From the NCBI GenBank assembly GCA_050250695.1, contig JBFWOE010000005.1:1-63252 (forward strand): DNA of 63,252 bases. Reading direction: 5' to 3'. Origin of the DNA: Burkholderiales bacterium. GTDB lineage: Bacteria; Pseudomonadota; Gammaproteobacteria; Burkholderiales; SG8-41. The notes under the pieces were generated by a model. The model did no database searches and was not told where the DNA came from. It saw only the letters and a list, made by a program, of their open reading frames with translations. Shown one piece after another: positions 38,520-49,195 of this stretch. The stretch's first letter is position 1, and each line of letters starts with the position of its first letter. The position numbers and the translations under genes were made by a program.

Positions 38520-39512
38520 TTACTGCATCCCGAAGGTATAGCGGCTGCCGACGTTGGAGTAGACCACCTTCTCGGGCATTTTCTGGCGCAGCATGTCGAT
38601 GAAACGTTCGCCGGTGCAGTGCATCGGCACGATCACGTCGGGATTGATCGCCTCGAGTTCCTTCAGCGTGTGCTGCAGGTATTCCACGTCCGCGGGCCCG
38701 AGGTGGAAGCCGCCCATCACCGCGTGCACGCGGTCGACGTTCGCGGCCTTCATTGCGCTGCGTACCGTGTTGATGATGCCGGTGTGGCCGCACGATGAAA
38801 TCACCACCAGGCCCTTGCCCTTGACGATGTAGCAGGTGGCGTGTTCGTCGGGGTGGGTGTCCTTGACCAGCTTGCCCGCGCGTTCGGCCGCGGTGAAATG
38901 GTCGTCCACCACCAGCGAGCCGCCGGAGACTTCCTCGAAGGACGTGCGCTCGATGTAACCCGAGGTGAAGGCGCCGTCCAGCGCCTGCGGCTGCGCGCAG
39001 CACACCGGCAGCACCTTTTGCGCCTCCAGCGCCGCGCGGTCGAGCGTGCACCAGGCCTGTGCTTCGCCGCCTTCCTTGATCCACTTGGTGCGGAAGATGG
39101 TTTCGCCGCCGACATAGAGCGCGAGATCGTCGCGCATCTCGCCGCGATGCTGCTTCACGAAACCCTGCAGGCCGCCGAAATGGTCGAGGTGGCCGTGGCT
39201 CAGGATCAGGCCGTTGATCTTCGACGGTTCGATGCCCAGCAGTTCGAAATTGCGGTTGATGATCTCCGGCGTGTAGCCGAAGTCGAGCACGTACTGCGCC
39301 CTTGCTCCGTCCTTCTCCGACGCAAGATGCAGCGACAAACCCCACTCGCAGGCCAGCGTCATGTCGGGCCGGCCATAGATGCGACCGACGTGCTCGATTT
39401 TCACATGCGGGTGCGCCATGCGCGGCAGGAAACGTTCGTAACGCGAATCGACCAGCACGCGCACGGTGAGGGCGTCTACGACAGGGGCTTTGAAGGGACT
39501 GGCGGCAGTCAT
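38520..39512 (-). CDS. metallo-beta-lactamase fold hydrolase
   Basis: EWGLS, LSHGHLDHFGG, SSCGHTG, GGFHL, PMHCTG. Confidence 0.9.
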   Translation of the reverse strand: MTAASPFKAPVVDALTVRVLVDSRYERFLPRMAHPHVKIEHVGRIYGRPDMTLACEWGLSLHLASEKDGARAQYVLDFGYTPEIINRNFELLGIEPSKINGLILSHGHLDHFGGLQGFVKQHRGEMRDDLALYVGGETIFRTKWIKEGGEAQAWCTLDRAALEAQKVLPVCCAQPQALDGAFTSGYIERTSFEEVSGGSLVVDDHFTAAERAGKLVKDTHPDEHATCYIVKGKGLVVISSCGHTGIINTVRSAMKAANVDRVHAVMGGFHLGPADVEYLQHTLKELEAINPDVIVPMHCTGERFIDMLRQKMPEKVVYSNVGSRYTFGMQ

Positions 39513-39717
39513 GGCGATTTTTCCTCTTGGATTGTCGGCAAATCAGTCATTGCTTATGAAAAGGAAAATAACACTGGTTGGGCAGGAAAAAATTAATGAC
39601 TCCAAAACAACAGCTTACCGGTTTGCATGGCGCTGAGGACGGCACGAACCAGTCAAATGAAACCGCGTCCGGAGGCCCGGGTTCCGGAGGCATCGCTCCC
39701 GGCCCCGGGGAAGCGCC

Positions 39718-40710
39718 TTATTTGGCCGGCGCCTTCGCCAGCCCGATGTCGGTCAGGATGGCCTTGATCTCGCCGAACTGCTTGTCCAGATGGCGCCTGG
39801 TTCGTGCGCGGTCCAGGGGTTCGTTGGGTATGTAATAGGACGCCAGCTCCTTGTCCCATTCCTCGGTCGCGGTCAGCTTTTTCAGCGCGTTGTCCCAATA
39901 GTCGGCCTGCACGTCGGTGATCCCTTTCGGCGCGATCGCCAGGCGCCAGTTTTCCGCGATCACCGGAATGCCGGCTTCCGTCAGCGTGGGAACCGTTGCA
40001 TAGATGCCGCCGATGCGCTTGGGCGCGGCAACCGCCAGCGGGCGGATCTGGCTGCCCTTGAAGGGGCCGGCCGTGGCGGACAATGAATTCACGAAAAGCC
40101 CGACGTGGCCGCCCAGCAGGCCGACCAATGCACTGTTCGTTCCCGAAAAAATCACGACCTTCATCTTGTTGATGTCCACGCCGGCGGCCTTGGCCAGGCG
40201 TCCGAGGGCAATGTGATTGGCGCCGCCGGCACTGCTCGAAACGCCGGCAACCACCGAACCCGGGTCCTCCTTAAGCAACTTGACGAGGTCGCCGACGGAT
40301 TTAATCGGCGAATCGGCGCGCACCGAATAGGCGATGTACTCGCTGGCCAGCAGCGAAACCGGCGTGAAGTCCGTATAGGTCAGCTTGCTCTTGCCGTTGA
40401 TGTAGTTGGCGACGATGTTGTAGGAGGTGATCAGCAGGAAGTGCGGATCGCCGCTGCGCTGGTTCAGGTATGCCCAGCTGATTGCGCCGCCGCCGCCCGG
40501 CTTGTTGGTCACGCTGACCGACACGTCCAGCATTTTTTTCTCGCGCCAGATCTGCTCCATCAGCCGCGCCACCCGGTCGGTACCGGTGCCGGCACTCGAT
40601 CCGACGACGATTTCGACGTTACGTTCCGGGCTCCATCCGCCTTGCGCGTGCGCATGGACGGTTACCGACATTGCAAGGATGGCCAATACCGAAATCAGGC
40701 TGCTGCGCAT
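39718..40710 (-). CDS. Bug/TctC substrate-binding protein
   Basis: WSPERNVEIVV, NKPGGGG, VPTLTEAG. Confidence 0.9.
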   Translation of the reverse strand: MRSSLISVLAILAMSVTVHAHAQGGWSPERNVEIVVGSSAGTGTDRVARLMEQIWREKKMLDVSVSVTNKPGGGGAISWAYLNQRSGDPHFLLITSYNIVANYINGKSKLTYTDFTPVSLLASEYIAYSVRADSPIKSVGDLVKLLKEDPGSVVAGVSSSAGGANHIALGRLAKAAGVDINKMKVVIFSGTNSALVGLLGGHVGLFVNSLSATAGPFKGSQIRPLAVAAPKRIGGIYATVPTLTEAGIPVIAENWRLAIAPKGITDVQADYWDNALKKLTATEEWDKELASYYIPNEPLDRARTRRHLDKQFGEIKAILTDIGLAKAPAK

Positions 40711-40915
40711 TTTCAATCTCCTCCAATATTGTGGAAACTGCGAAAAGCCCGACAAATCCACGCTACGCAGGCGTGGCTGCATCAACTGTGCAATCCGGAA
40801 ATTCCGGGACGCCGGTCCGCCCAAAGCCTAACTGATGTCGGAGGGTGAGTGCGCTGCCGCGCACAACATGTGGACATGCGGAGCCCGAAACGTCGCCGGC
40901 AGGCCGCACCCGGGT

Positions 40916-41662
40916 TCAGCGCGATGCCAGCAGACGACCCCAGCCGGTCACCGGAGGCGCGACGCCTGCGGCGATCAGCCGCCACACCGGCGCGATCGGA
41001 TTGGTAACCACCGGGATGCCGAAGTCCTCCTCGAGGATGGGCACGGCCGCGAGGCTGCGCCACGCGCCGCCCGCAAGCAGCAGCGCTTCGGCGGCGGGCG
41101 CGCGGCGCATGGCTTCGCGGCCGAGCTGGAAGGCGAGCTTCACGCCTTCCTCTATGCTCATCGAAAACGCCTGCTTAGCCCACTGCCCGACGCTGGTGAT
41201 CGCCAGCACCTCGATGCCGGCGTGGTCCAGGTAGGCGACCAGCAGTTCATTCAGTTCATCCGACCAGCGGCTGGCAATCGCGATGCGTTGCACTCCGAGG
41301 TGTTGCAGCGCCGCGACCGTGGCCTCCGCCTGCGAATCCGCGATGACCCCGGTCCGCGCCGCCGTTTCCTGCTGCAACTCAAGCAGGCGCGGGCGGCCCA
41401 GCTGCGAGGCGATCGGGAATCCCGCCAGCGTGATGCTCTGCGCGCCCCTGGCGGCGAGTTCGTCGACACAGCGCCAGTAACGGTCGCGGATCGCCGCGTT
41501 GACGCCGTCGGCCGTGTAATCGGAAATCTCGAGCGAACTGGAGACGCGCACCACCGACGGCGGCAGCAGCGGCTGCGGTTGCGACATGGGATGACGGTCC
41601 GGTCCCAGCGGGGTGATGGTGCCGGCGACAAAGCCGGTTTCAGCCTGGGCAAAGCTGTGCAT
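40916..41662 (-). CDS. maleate isomerase / arylmalonate decarboxylase-like protein
   Basis: ALQHLGVQRIAIAS, LEEDFGIPVVTN; canonical Cys residues apparently absent; start uncertain. Confidence 0.75.
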   Translation of the reverse strand: MHSFAQAETGFVAGTITPLGPDRHPMSQPQPLLPPSVVRVSSSLEISDYTADGVNAAIRDRYWRCVDELAARGAQSITLAGFPIASQLGRPRLLELQQETAARTGVIADSQAEATVAALQHLGVQRIAIASRWSDELNELLVAYLDHAGIEVLAITSVGQWAKQAFSMSIEEGVKLAFQLGREAMRRAPAAEALLLAGGAWRSLAAVPILEEDFGIPVVTNPIAPVWRLIAAGVAPPVTGWGRLLASR

Positions 41663-41876
41663 GGCAAATGATTTCCGGATGCTGCGGTTCCGCATCACGG
41701 ACAGCCGGCCCGGTCCGTAATCCGCATCCGCAATTGTTTTGAGACAACCTTTGCCGACACTATACAACCGATCAGGTGACCCGCAGCCAGCCGCATGCTT
41801 TTATTGAGTAGTATACGGGCACGTCATCGGCACGCCACAACAAGCGGGGCGCGTGTCAGCGCAATGAGGATACACA

Positions 41877-43088
41877 GTGAGCAGACTATCAGCCGTTTCG
41901 CGCGACCAGCTGCCTGCGCAGCAACGCCGTTTTTATGACGCGGTGCAGGCGATACGCCGCCGCCCGGTCAGTGGCCCGTTCATCGTGTTGATGAACAGCA
42001 GCCCCGACCTGGCCGCACGGTTCGCCCATCTCGGCCACTACTTCCATTCACGCGGCCAGGCGGACGAATCCATCCTGCCGCTGCGGGTCCGCGCGTTTGT
42101 TTCTCTGGCCGGGTCGCGCGCGCTGGATGCGCCTTACGAATGGGCTGCGTGGATCAACTGGGCGCTGGACGCCGGCGTGGCCGCGGAAACCGCGGATGCC
42201 ATCCGCGAAGGCAGGGTGCCCCCGCAGCTGACCGCGGAAGAAAAACTGATCATGGCGTTGTGCACCCGGCTGGTGTCGGGCGATCACCGGGTCGATCCGG
42301 CCACTTTCAGCGCCGCGCTGGAGCATTTTGGCACCCGGGGTCTCGTCGAACTGGTGGTGACGCTCGGTTATTTCGCGATGATTGCGCTGCCGCTGAACGC
42401 CTTCGAGATGGAAATGTCGACCGAACAGAAAAGCCTGCGCAAGCCCTACACCCCGTTGCGGGTGGAGGGCAGGCCCTGCGCCGATGCAGCGGATCCGCAA
42501 CGCAGATTGCCGCCGCTGTCCGCGGGCGTCGGCATGCTGCCGCGCGTGCCGCTGCTGTCCGGGCATGACGACCTGGCGCCGGCGGACCAGCATTTCTTCG
42601 ATCGCATCGTGCTCAGGCGGGGCAGGATTCCCGCACTGTTCCAGGTACTCCTGCACACGCCCGATGTCGCAGAACGCGTGGCCAGCATCGGCGCATTCTT
42701 CCTGTATGAAACGCTGCTGCCGCCTGAGGTCAGCGCACTGGTCTGGCTGCTCGGTGCGCGCGAACTTGACTGCGCCTACACCTGGCGCGCAGCTGCCGCC
42801 GCGGCGCGGGCCGCCGGCGTCGAGCCGGCGCTGGTCGAGTGCCTCGAACACGGCCGCCCGCTGACCGCCGGCGGAGCGGATGCCGCAATGCTCGCCGGTT
42901 TCTGCCGGCAGCTGCTGCGCGGCAACCACCACGTCGACGACCAAACCCACGACGCCGTCGTCGCGCGCTTCGGCGTTCCCGCCGCGGTGCAGATCGCGGC
43001 GACGCTGGGCTACATCGTCATGATGAGCCTGCTCGCCAATGCCTTCGAACTTGCGCCGGAGGAGGACGCTGCCGGTCCGGCACTGTAG
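41877..43088 (+). CDS. tandem CMD family protein
   Basis: Two repeats: GPF..SPD..YEW..ELVVTLGYF..LNAFE and LF..HTPD..YTW..TLGYI..ANAFE. Confidence 0.85.
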   Translation: MSRLSAVSRDQLPAQQRRFYDAVQAIRRRPVSGPFIVLMNSSPDLAARFAHLGHYFHSRGQADESILPLRVRAFVSLAGSRALDAPYEWAAWINWALDAGVAAETADAIREGRVPPQLTAEEKLIMALCTRLVSGDHRVDPATFSAALEHFGTRGLVELVVTLGYFAMIALPLNAFEMEMSTEQKSLRKPYTPLRVEGRPCADAADPQRRLPPLSAGVGMLPRVPLLSGHDDLAPADQHFFDRIVLRRGRIPALFQVLLHTPDVAERVASIGAFFLYETLLPPEVSALVWLLGARELDCAYTWRAAAAAARAAGVEPALVECLEHGRPLTAGGADAAMLAGFCRQLLRGNHHVDDQTHDAVVARFGVPAAVQIAATLGYIVMMSLLANAFELAPEEDAAGPAL

Positions 43089-43253
43089 TTCCGCTCAGCA
43101 GTCAGCAGAATCGTGCAGCCGCAGGCGTGCAGGAAACATGCCGGCAAAACAAGGCGTACCGGCCGGCATCACCGCTCACCCGGTTCCCGGGCCCGCGCAT
43201 CTCGGTTATGATTTCCCTGCTGTCCCCAAAAAAACGCACCTGAGGAGAAAGTC

Positions 43254-44231
43254 ATGTTGAGGACCACCTTGCGCGCTGCGCTCGTTTGCGCCGCGGCCGT
43301 ATCCGCACTTGCCGCAGGCCCGCTGGCGGCGCAGCAGTTTCCGACCAAGATACTGCGCGTCGTGAATCCCAACAATCCTGGCGGCAACAGCGACGTGCTG
43401 TTCCGGCTGCTCGCGCCGAAGATGGGCGAAGTGCTCGGCCATCAGCTCGTCATCGACTACCGGCCCGGCGCCGGCGGCAACATCGGCGCGGAAATGGTGT
43501 CGCGCGCCGCGCCCGACGGCTACACCACGCTGATCGCGGCGGCGAGCATCCTGATCAACCCGGCGATGCTGAAAACCCTGCCCTTTGACGTGGAGAAGGA
43601 CTTTACGCCGCTGGGCGTCATCGTCGACATCCCGGCCGGCCTGGTCGTGCATCCCTCGCTGCCGGTGAAAAGCGTGAGCGACCTCGTCGCGCTCGCCAAG
43701 AAGCGGCCGGGCGAACTGAACTTCTCGAGCTCCGGCCGCGGCGCACTGGGCCACCTCGCGGGCGCGCTGCTCAATGCCTCGACCGGCATCAAGACCGTGC
43801 ACATTCCCTACAAGGGCGCGGGTCCGTCGATCGTCGATCTTGTTGCGGGCCAGGTGGAGTTTTCCTTCGTCAGCCTCCCGGCGATTTCCGGCCATCTGCA
43901 GAGCGGGCGGCTGCGCATGATCGCGCAGTGCGGCGAGAAACGTTTCGTCTCCTTCCCCGACATTCCCACCATGGTCGAGGCGGGCGTGAAGGACTTCGTC
44001 GTCACCAGCCCCTTCAGCTACCTCGGCCCCGCGCGCATGCCGCAGCAGGTCGCGGCAAAACTCAACGGCGCGCTGCGCGCCTCGCTGCACGATCCGAAGA
44101 ACAAGAAAATCCTCATCGACCGCGGCGCGCTGCCGGTCGGCAACACCTCTGCGGAACACGCGGCGCTGATCAAGTCCGAGATCGCGAAGTGGAAGAAGGT
44201 GGCGCGTTCGGCGGGGCTCAAGCCGCAGTAA
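43254..44231 (+). CDS. Bug/TctC substrate-binding protein
   Basis: RPGAGGNIG, HIPYKGAGP. Confidence 0.92.
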   Translation: MLRTTLRAALVCAAAVSALAAGPLAAQQFPTKILRVVNPNNPGGNSDVLFRLLAPKMGEVLGHQLVIDYRPGAGGNIGAEMVSRAAPDGYTTLIAAASILINPAMLKTLPFDVEKDFTPLGVIVDIPAGLVVHPSLPVKSVSDLVALAKKRPGELNFSSSGRGALGHLAGALLNASTGIKTVHIPYKGAGPSIVDLVAGQVEFSFVSLPAISGHLQSGRLRMIAQCGEKRFVSFPDIPTMVEAGVKDFVVTSPFSYLGPARMPQQVAAKLNGALRASLHDPKNKKILIDRGALPVGNTSAEHAALIKSEIAKWKKVARSAGLKPQ

Positions 44232-44273
44232 GCCGCGGCGGGTGATCCCGCCGTTTGCTGTAACGACATCGTC

Positions 44274-44307
44274 AAAGCGCGAGGGCAGACCTGCCCTCGC
44301 GCTTTTT
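44274..44307. terminator. probable bidirectional terminator
   Basis: AAAGCGCGAGGGCAG/CTGCCCTCGCGCTTT inverted repeat between convergent genes. Confidence 0.75.
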
Positions 44308-44346
44308 ATTTCCAGCCTGCAGCTGCGGCCGGGCTGATGATGACGA

Positions 44347-46317
44347 TCAGTTCAGCGGCCACGGCAGCTCCACCAGGTACTGCAGCAGCCCCGTCGGGTA
44401 TTCCAGCACGAACAGATGCCCGAACAGGCTCATGACCGCGACCGCGGCCAGGGCGCCGGCGACGGCGCGGCTCCAGCGCAAGCCGGCCATCAGCCGCAGG
44501 AAAGCCGTGATGTAGATGAATATCCCGAGGATGAAACCGAACAGGGCGATCGCTGCGAGCAGTGCCAGTATCCAGCCCTGGAAATACAGATCGCCGTGGA
44601 CGGGCCGGTCTTCGCCGCTCCATTCGCGCTCGCTGTCGAAAAACACGTAATCGGGCCGCTGGCGGCTGAACAGCGCTACTGCGGCGACCAGCAGGGCGAG
44701 GGTGATCAGCCCCACCGATACCGGAAACACCTTGCCCAGGAAGTTCAGATCCCAGGTGTCGTAGAGGGCATACAGGCAGGCGGCGACGAGCAGCCCCAGG
44801 AAAACCGCCTGCGGCGCCTTGTTGACCGGCGCATGCGGCCCGGCGGCCGTGAGCGCTTCGCGCTGCGGTTTCATGCGCACCGCGAGGAAAACGGACACCG
44901 CGATCAGCGCCAGCATGAACTGCACGCCGCCGCGTTCGAGGAAAGTGGTGCCGTAGACCTGTATCGACTGGTAGACGGCGGCATCGAGCCGCATCGACAG
45001 CACGAAGCCGATCAGGAAGGCAGGCCGCGACCAGCCGAAGCGTTTCATGTACACGCCGACCACGCCGAGCACGAACAGCGTGATCAGGTCCTCCCACGCG
45101 CGCGTGGCCTGGAAGGCCGCGAAGTAGACGATGACGATCATGAACGGCGCCACCCGCACGAAGGGCACCAGCGTCACGCGCGCAATCGGTTTTGCCAGGA
45201 ACAGGCAGATGCCGGCGCCGATCACGTTGGCGATGGCGAGCGACCAGATGATGATGAAGGTGAGGTCGAGGTGGCGTTCCATCATGCCGATCCCCGGCTC
45301 GATCCCGATCAGGATCAGCGCGCCGAGGAACAGCGCCATGCTGCCGGAACCCGGGATGCCGAACATCAGCGTCGGGATCAGCGCGCCGCCGTTGTCCGCA
45401 TTGTTGGAAGCTTCCGGGCCGATGACCCCGCGGATGTCGCCCTTGCCGAACTGGGAGCGGTCCTTTGCCGACTGCATCGAATGGCCGTAGGCGACCCAGT
45501 TGGTGACCGAACCGCCCAGCCCCGGCAGCGCGCCGATCAGCACGCCGAGCGCGGAGCAGCGCAGCACCAGCCACTTGTGCCGCAGCGTTTCGCGGAATCC
45601 CTTCAGCGTGCCGGCGCCGAGTTCGGGGATCGAGGAGATGGTCGTGCGCTTGCGCAGCACTTCCACCATCTCGGGGATCGCGAACATGGCGAGGCCGACG
45701 ATCACCAGCGGCAGGCCTTCACTGAGATAAAGCGTGCCGAAGGTCAGGCGTTCTTCGGCGGTGGCGGGCGCCGAGCCTATGCTGCCCACGAGCAGGCCCA
45801 TGCCGCACATGATGAGCCCCTTGACCGCGCTGGTCCCCGTCAGCATGCCGATCATCGTCAGCGCCAGTACCACCAGCATCAGCTGTTCGCCGAAACCCAC
45901 GGCGAGGATCAGCGGCCGCGCGAACTGGATTGCCAGCGTCAGCATCAGAGCACCGAAAAGGCCGCCGAGCAGCGACGCCGAAAACGCGGCGCCAAGCGCG
46001 CGCGCAGCCTCGCCGCGCCGGGCGAGCGGATAACCGTCCATGATGGTGGCCTGCGCGCTCGAAGTGCCTGGGATGCCCACCAGCACCGCCGGGAAGGTAT
46101 CCGACGTGTTGGTGACGGCGAGCAGGCCGATCATCATCGGCAGCACCAGCGTGGGGTCGCCGCCGTAGACAAACGGCAGCAGCAGCGACAGCGCGGCGAT
46201 GCCGCCCAGCCCCGGCAGGATGCCGACGACCAGGCCGAGCAGCACGCCGCCCAGCAGGAAGAGCAGGTGCTGCACGCTGGCGAGCGTGGACAGCGCCTGC
46301 AGGAGATCCGCTTGCAT
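44347..46317 (-). CDS. tctA: tripartite tricarboxylate transporter permease TctA with fused TctB-like C-terminus
   Basis: GILPGLG, GIPGT, GPEASNNA, PTLMFGIPGS; about 150 extra C-terminal residues with several TM segments. Confidence 0.88.
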   Translation of the reverse strand: MQADLLQALSTLASVQHLLFLLGGVLLGLVVGILPGLGGIAALSLLLPFVYGGDPTLVLPMMIGLLAVTNTSDTFPAVLVGIPGTSSAQATIMDGYPLARRGEAARALGAAFSASLLGGLFGALMLTLAIQFARPLILAVGFGEQLMLVVLALTMIGMLTGTSAVKGLIMCGMGLLVGSIGSAPATAEERLTFGTLYLSEGLPLVIVGLAMFAIPEMVEVLRKRTTISSIPELGAGTLKGFRETLRHKWLVLRCSALGVLIGALPGLGGSVTNWVAYGHSMQSAKDRSQFGKGDIRGVIGPEASNNADNGGALIPTLMFGIPGSGSMALFLGALILIGIEPGIGMMERHLDLTFIIIWSLAIANVIGAGICLFLAKPIARVTLVPFVRVAPFMIVIVYFAAFQATRAWEDLITLFVLGVVGVYMKRFGWSRPAFLIGFVLSMRLDAAVYQSIQVYGTTFLERGGVQFMLALIAVSVFLAVRMKPQREALTAAGPHAPVNKAPQAVFLGLLVAACLYALYDTWDLNFLGKVFPVSVGLITLALLVAAVALFSRQRPDYVFFDSEREWSGEDRPVHGDLYFQGWILALLAAIALFGFILGIFIYITAFLRLMAGLRWSRAVAGALAAVAVMSLFGHLFVLEYPTGLLQYLVELPWPLN

Positions 46318-46358
46318 TTATTATGCGATCAAGATGCCCTGTGGCGTTGTTGCCGGTA

Positions 46359-47456
46359 TTACTCGATCGTGACCTTGTGCTCCGTCTTGTAGTAGTTCTT
46401 CAGCCAGGCCCAGGCTTGCGGCTTGAAGTTGGTGGCGTCCTTGATGATGGGCTTGGCATCCTCGCCGATGAACTGCGGGTAACCCTCGACGATCTTGCCG
46501 GCTTCCTTCTCGAAATCCGGATCCTTGAGGGTGTTGGCGATGGCCGTGCGCCACGCGGCGAGCACCGGCTTCGGGGTGCCCGCGGGCAGGAAGATGCCCT
46601 TGTTGACCATGGTCATCATCTTGTTGACCGACTGCCATGCGTCGTAGCCGGGGCCCGAGGGCTTCTTGCCGGTCATCATCTCGTAGGCTTCCCCGAAGTG
46701 CGGCAGGTCGGGCATGTTCGGATCGCGCACCAGCGTGCCCTTGCTGTCGGTGATGCCCATCGAATACAGCGGCACCGCCTTGCCGGCCTTGACCAGCTTC
46801 GACGCGGCCCCTTGATAGCCGGGCATTGAATCGTAGTTGATGTTCAGCTCGTTGCGTTCGAAGGCGAGGCGCACCGGCCCCCGGTTCATGCCCCAGACAT
46901 TGTTCACCTTGAGGCCGAGCAGCGCGAAGGTCATGACGGTCCGCGCCTCGCCGCCGGTCGCGCTCTGCCCGCCGAACACCAGCGGCTTGCCCTTGAGCTT
47001 GGCGAGGTCCCTGGTTCCGCCCACGCCGAGCGCGGGCGTGGTGTAGACGACCGCGCCCTGCGGCGAGAGCACCACCGGCTCCCACTTGTCGAGGTCATAT
47101 TTGACCCGCGAGCGCGAGAACACGAAGCTGCCGACCGTGGTGGCCGAAACGACGGCCACGTGGGTGCCATCGGTGGTCGCGCGTTCCTGGAAACGGTTGG
47201 CGCCGGGAATCGAGCGCGAGCCCGGGACGTTGAGCACGATGATGGTCGGATTGCCCGGCAGGTGTTTCTCGAGGAAAGGCTGCAGCGCGCGGATGTAGAC
47301 GTCGGAACCGCCGCCGGGCGCGAAGGGGACGGTCACCAGGATGCGCTTGCCGGTGAAATCGACTTTCTGCGCGGCGGCCTGGGTCGCCGGCAGCAGGGCG
47401 GCGCAGGCGACGACGCCCAGCGACACGATGTGTTTCATCGAAAGATGCGGATTCAT
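46359..47456 (-). CDS. TctC-like substrate-binding protein cognate to the adjacent TctA
   Basis: VPFAPGGGSD, LPGNPTIIV.NVPG; directly upstream of tctA. Confidence 0.88.
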   Translation of the reverse strand: MNPHLSMKHIVSLGVVACAALLPATQAAAQKVDFTGKRILVTVPFAPGGGSDVYIRALQPFLEKHLPGNPTIIVLNVPGSRSIPGANRFQERATTDGTHVAVVSATTVGSFVFSRSRVKYDLDKWEPVVLSPQGAVVYTTPALGVGGTRDLAKLKGKPLVFGGQSATGGEARTVMTFALLGLKVNNVWGMNRGPVRLAFERNELNINYDSMPGYQGAASKLVKAGKAVPLYSMGITDSKGTLVRDPNMPDLPHFGEAYEMMTGKKPSGPGYDAWQSVNKMMTMVNKGIFLPAGTPKPVLAAWRTAIANTLKDPDFEKEAGKIVEGYPQFIGEDAKPIIKDATNFKPQAWAWLKNYYKTEHKVTIE

Positions 47457-47662
47457 GGACTTCTCCTCGCTACGTAAGTGACGGATGGGATCAGCCGCGA
47501 TCATGCCGGGCTGTCCGGCGGTCTGTGCCGCCTGCATGGTCTGTTCGGTGTGTGCCGGGACTCACTCTAGCCCGTGTGGCCAATATGGTCAATTACACGC
47601 GGCGGCTCGGCAGGGGATTCCGCAGGGCACACCGGATTCACGGCTGCAGACTTCGAGGTGTG

Positions 47663-48787
47663 TCAATCGACCGCGAGGTCGAGTATTCCGGCCTTGGGCG
47701 TAAATCCCAGTCCGGGCGTCGTCGGCAGCGTCAGCGTGCCGTTCACCGGCCCCGGCGCGTTGTCGAACAACTGCTCGACGCACTTCCAGCCCTGCCAGTG
47801 GAATTCCACGCGCCCGCCGTTCGGCACGCCGCCGTGCAGGTGCATGTTCATGTGCGGATAGTTGCCGCCCATCGCCAGCGGCACGTTGAAGGCCTGCGCC
47901 ATCGCCGCCGCCTTCGCCGCCTGCGTGAATCCGCCGATGTCGCGCACATTGGGCTGCAGGTAATCCACGGCCTCGCGCAGCAGGTATTCGCGCAGGAACA
48001 TCAGGTCCGAGGTGGCGGTGCTGCCCGCCGCGATCGGGATCGTCGTCTGCGTGCGCAGCTTCGCCATCAGGCGCGGATCGCCCTGCAGCACCGGATCCTC
48101 GAACCAGGCGAGGTTGTACGGCTCGCACAGTTTGGCGAGTTTCAGCGCCTGCGCGTAGGTGGCACCCTTGTTGGCATCCATCATCAGTTCGATGTCGGGG
48201 CCGACCGCCTCGCGCAGCGCGGCGACGCGTTTTGCGTCCTGCAGGATGTCGGCGTCGGTGGGCTCGCCGAGGATTTCGTCGTAGGGGTTGGTCCCTTTCG
48301 CCACCACCATCTTCAGGCTGCGCTGGCCGTCCCTGATCAGCATGCGCGCGACCTCGATCAGCTCGTCGATCGAATAACGCGGCAGGCCGAAGGTGATGTA
48401 GGCGGGCACCTGCGCATGCGCGCCGCCCAGCAGTTTCCAGATGGGCTGCCCGAGCGCCTTGCCCTTGACGTCCCACAGCGCGACGTCGATCAGGCTCATT
48501 GCGCAGTTCCAGGCGCCGTGGAAGTACTTGCGCGCGGTGGCCCAGAACACCTTGTTGCGGATTTCCTCGGGCCGCAGCGCATCCATGCCCTGCACCACCG
48601 GCGCGGCCTCGCGGTTGATGTACTCGCGCACGCCGAAACGCATCGGGTAGGTCGACATCGCGTGGCCCTTGATGCCGTCGTCGGTCTCGATCTCGACGAA
48701 GTTCGCCATCGCGTGCTGCTCTTCCCTGACCAGCGGGAAATGGAAGGGGATGCGCAGCACCCAGCACTGCACTCGCCGGATTTTCAT
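47663..48787 (-). CDS. mandelate racemase/muconate lactonizing enzyme family protein
   Basis: IDVALWDVKGK, LMMDAN, WFEDP, YLQPN. Confidence 0.92.
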   Translation of the reverse strand: MKIRRVQCWVLRIPFHFPLVREEQHAMANFVEIETDDGIKGHAMSTYPMRFGVREYINREAAPVVQGMDALRPEEIRNKVFWATARKYFHGAWNCAMSLIDVALWDVKGKALGQPIWKLLGGAHAQVPAYITFGLPRYSIDELIEVARMLIRDGQRSLKMVVAKGTNPYDEILGEPTDADILQDAKRVAALREAVGPDIELMMDANKGATYAQALKLAKLCEPYNLAWFEDPVLQGDPRLMAKLRTQTTIPIAAGSTATSDLMFLREYLLREAVDYLQPNVRDIGGFTQAAKAAAMAQAFNVPLAMGGNYPHMNMHLHGGVPNGGRVEFHWQGWKCVEQLFDNAPGPVNGTLTLPTTPGLGFTPKAGILDLAVD

Positions 48788-48871
48788 GATTGCTCCTCCG
48801 GTTGCCTGTGGCGGCGATTATTTTTTCGGGCACTCAGGATAGCAGACCCCGGCGGCGCGGCTTCAGCCGGA

Positions 48872-49195
48872 TCAGGCGATACCGGCAAACACCGCGAGCG
48901 AGCGGTTGACCTTGAGCATCGTGGCATCGTCGAGGCGGCCGATCATGCCGCCCACCCGCTCGCGCGGCACCGACAGGATCTTGTCGATCTGTATCTGCGA
49001 GATGTTTTGCAGCCCGTTGTCCGGCCCCGGGTCCACCGTGATGCGGAAGATGGGGGCGTTGCGCAGCTCGCTGGTCACCAGGCACAGGGCAACGCTGGGC
49101 AACTCGTCAAACAGATCCGACTGGATCACCAGCGCCGGGCGTGGTTTGCCGTAATCGCCGGGCGCCGCAACGGTAACGAAGTCACCGCGACGCAT
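48872..49195 (-). CDS. type II toxin, PemK/MazF family
   Basis: MRRGD...GDYGKPRPALVIQSD...NGL...QIDK. Confidence 0.92.
   Translation of the reverse strand: MRRGDFVTVAAPGDYGKPRPALVIQSDLFDELPSVALCLVTSELRNAPIFRITVDPGPDNGLQNISQIQIDKILSVPRERVGGMIGRLDDATMLKVNRSLAVFAGIA

Noticed and set aside
44416-46392. Long antisense ORFs (for example 44416-46392, 16829-18499, 47525-49225, 54197-55816)
   Set aside because: Shadow frames of well-supported genes in high-GC DNA with no recognisable motifs.
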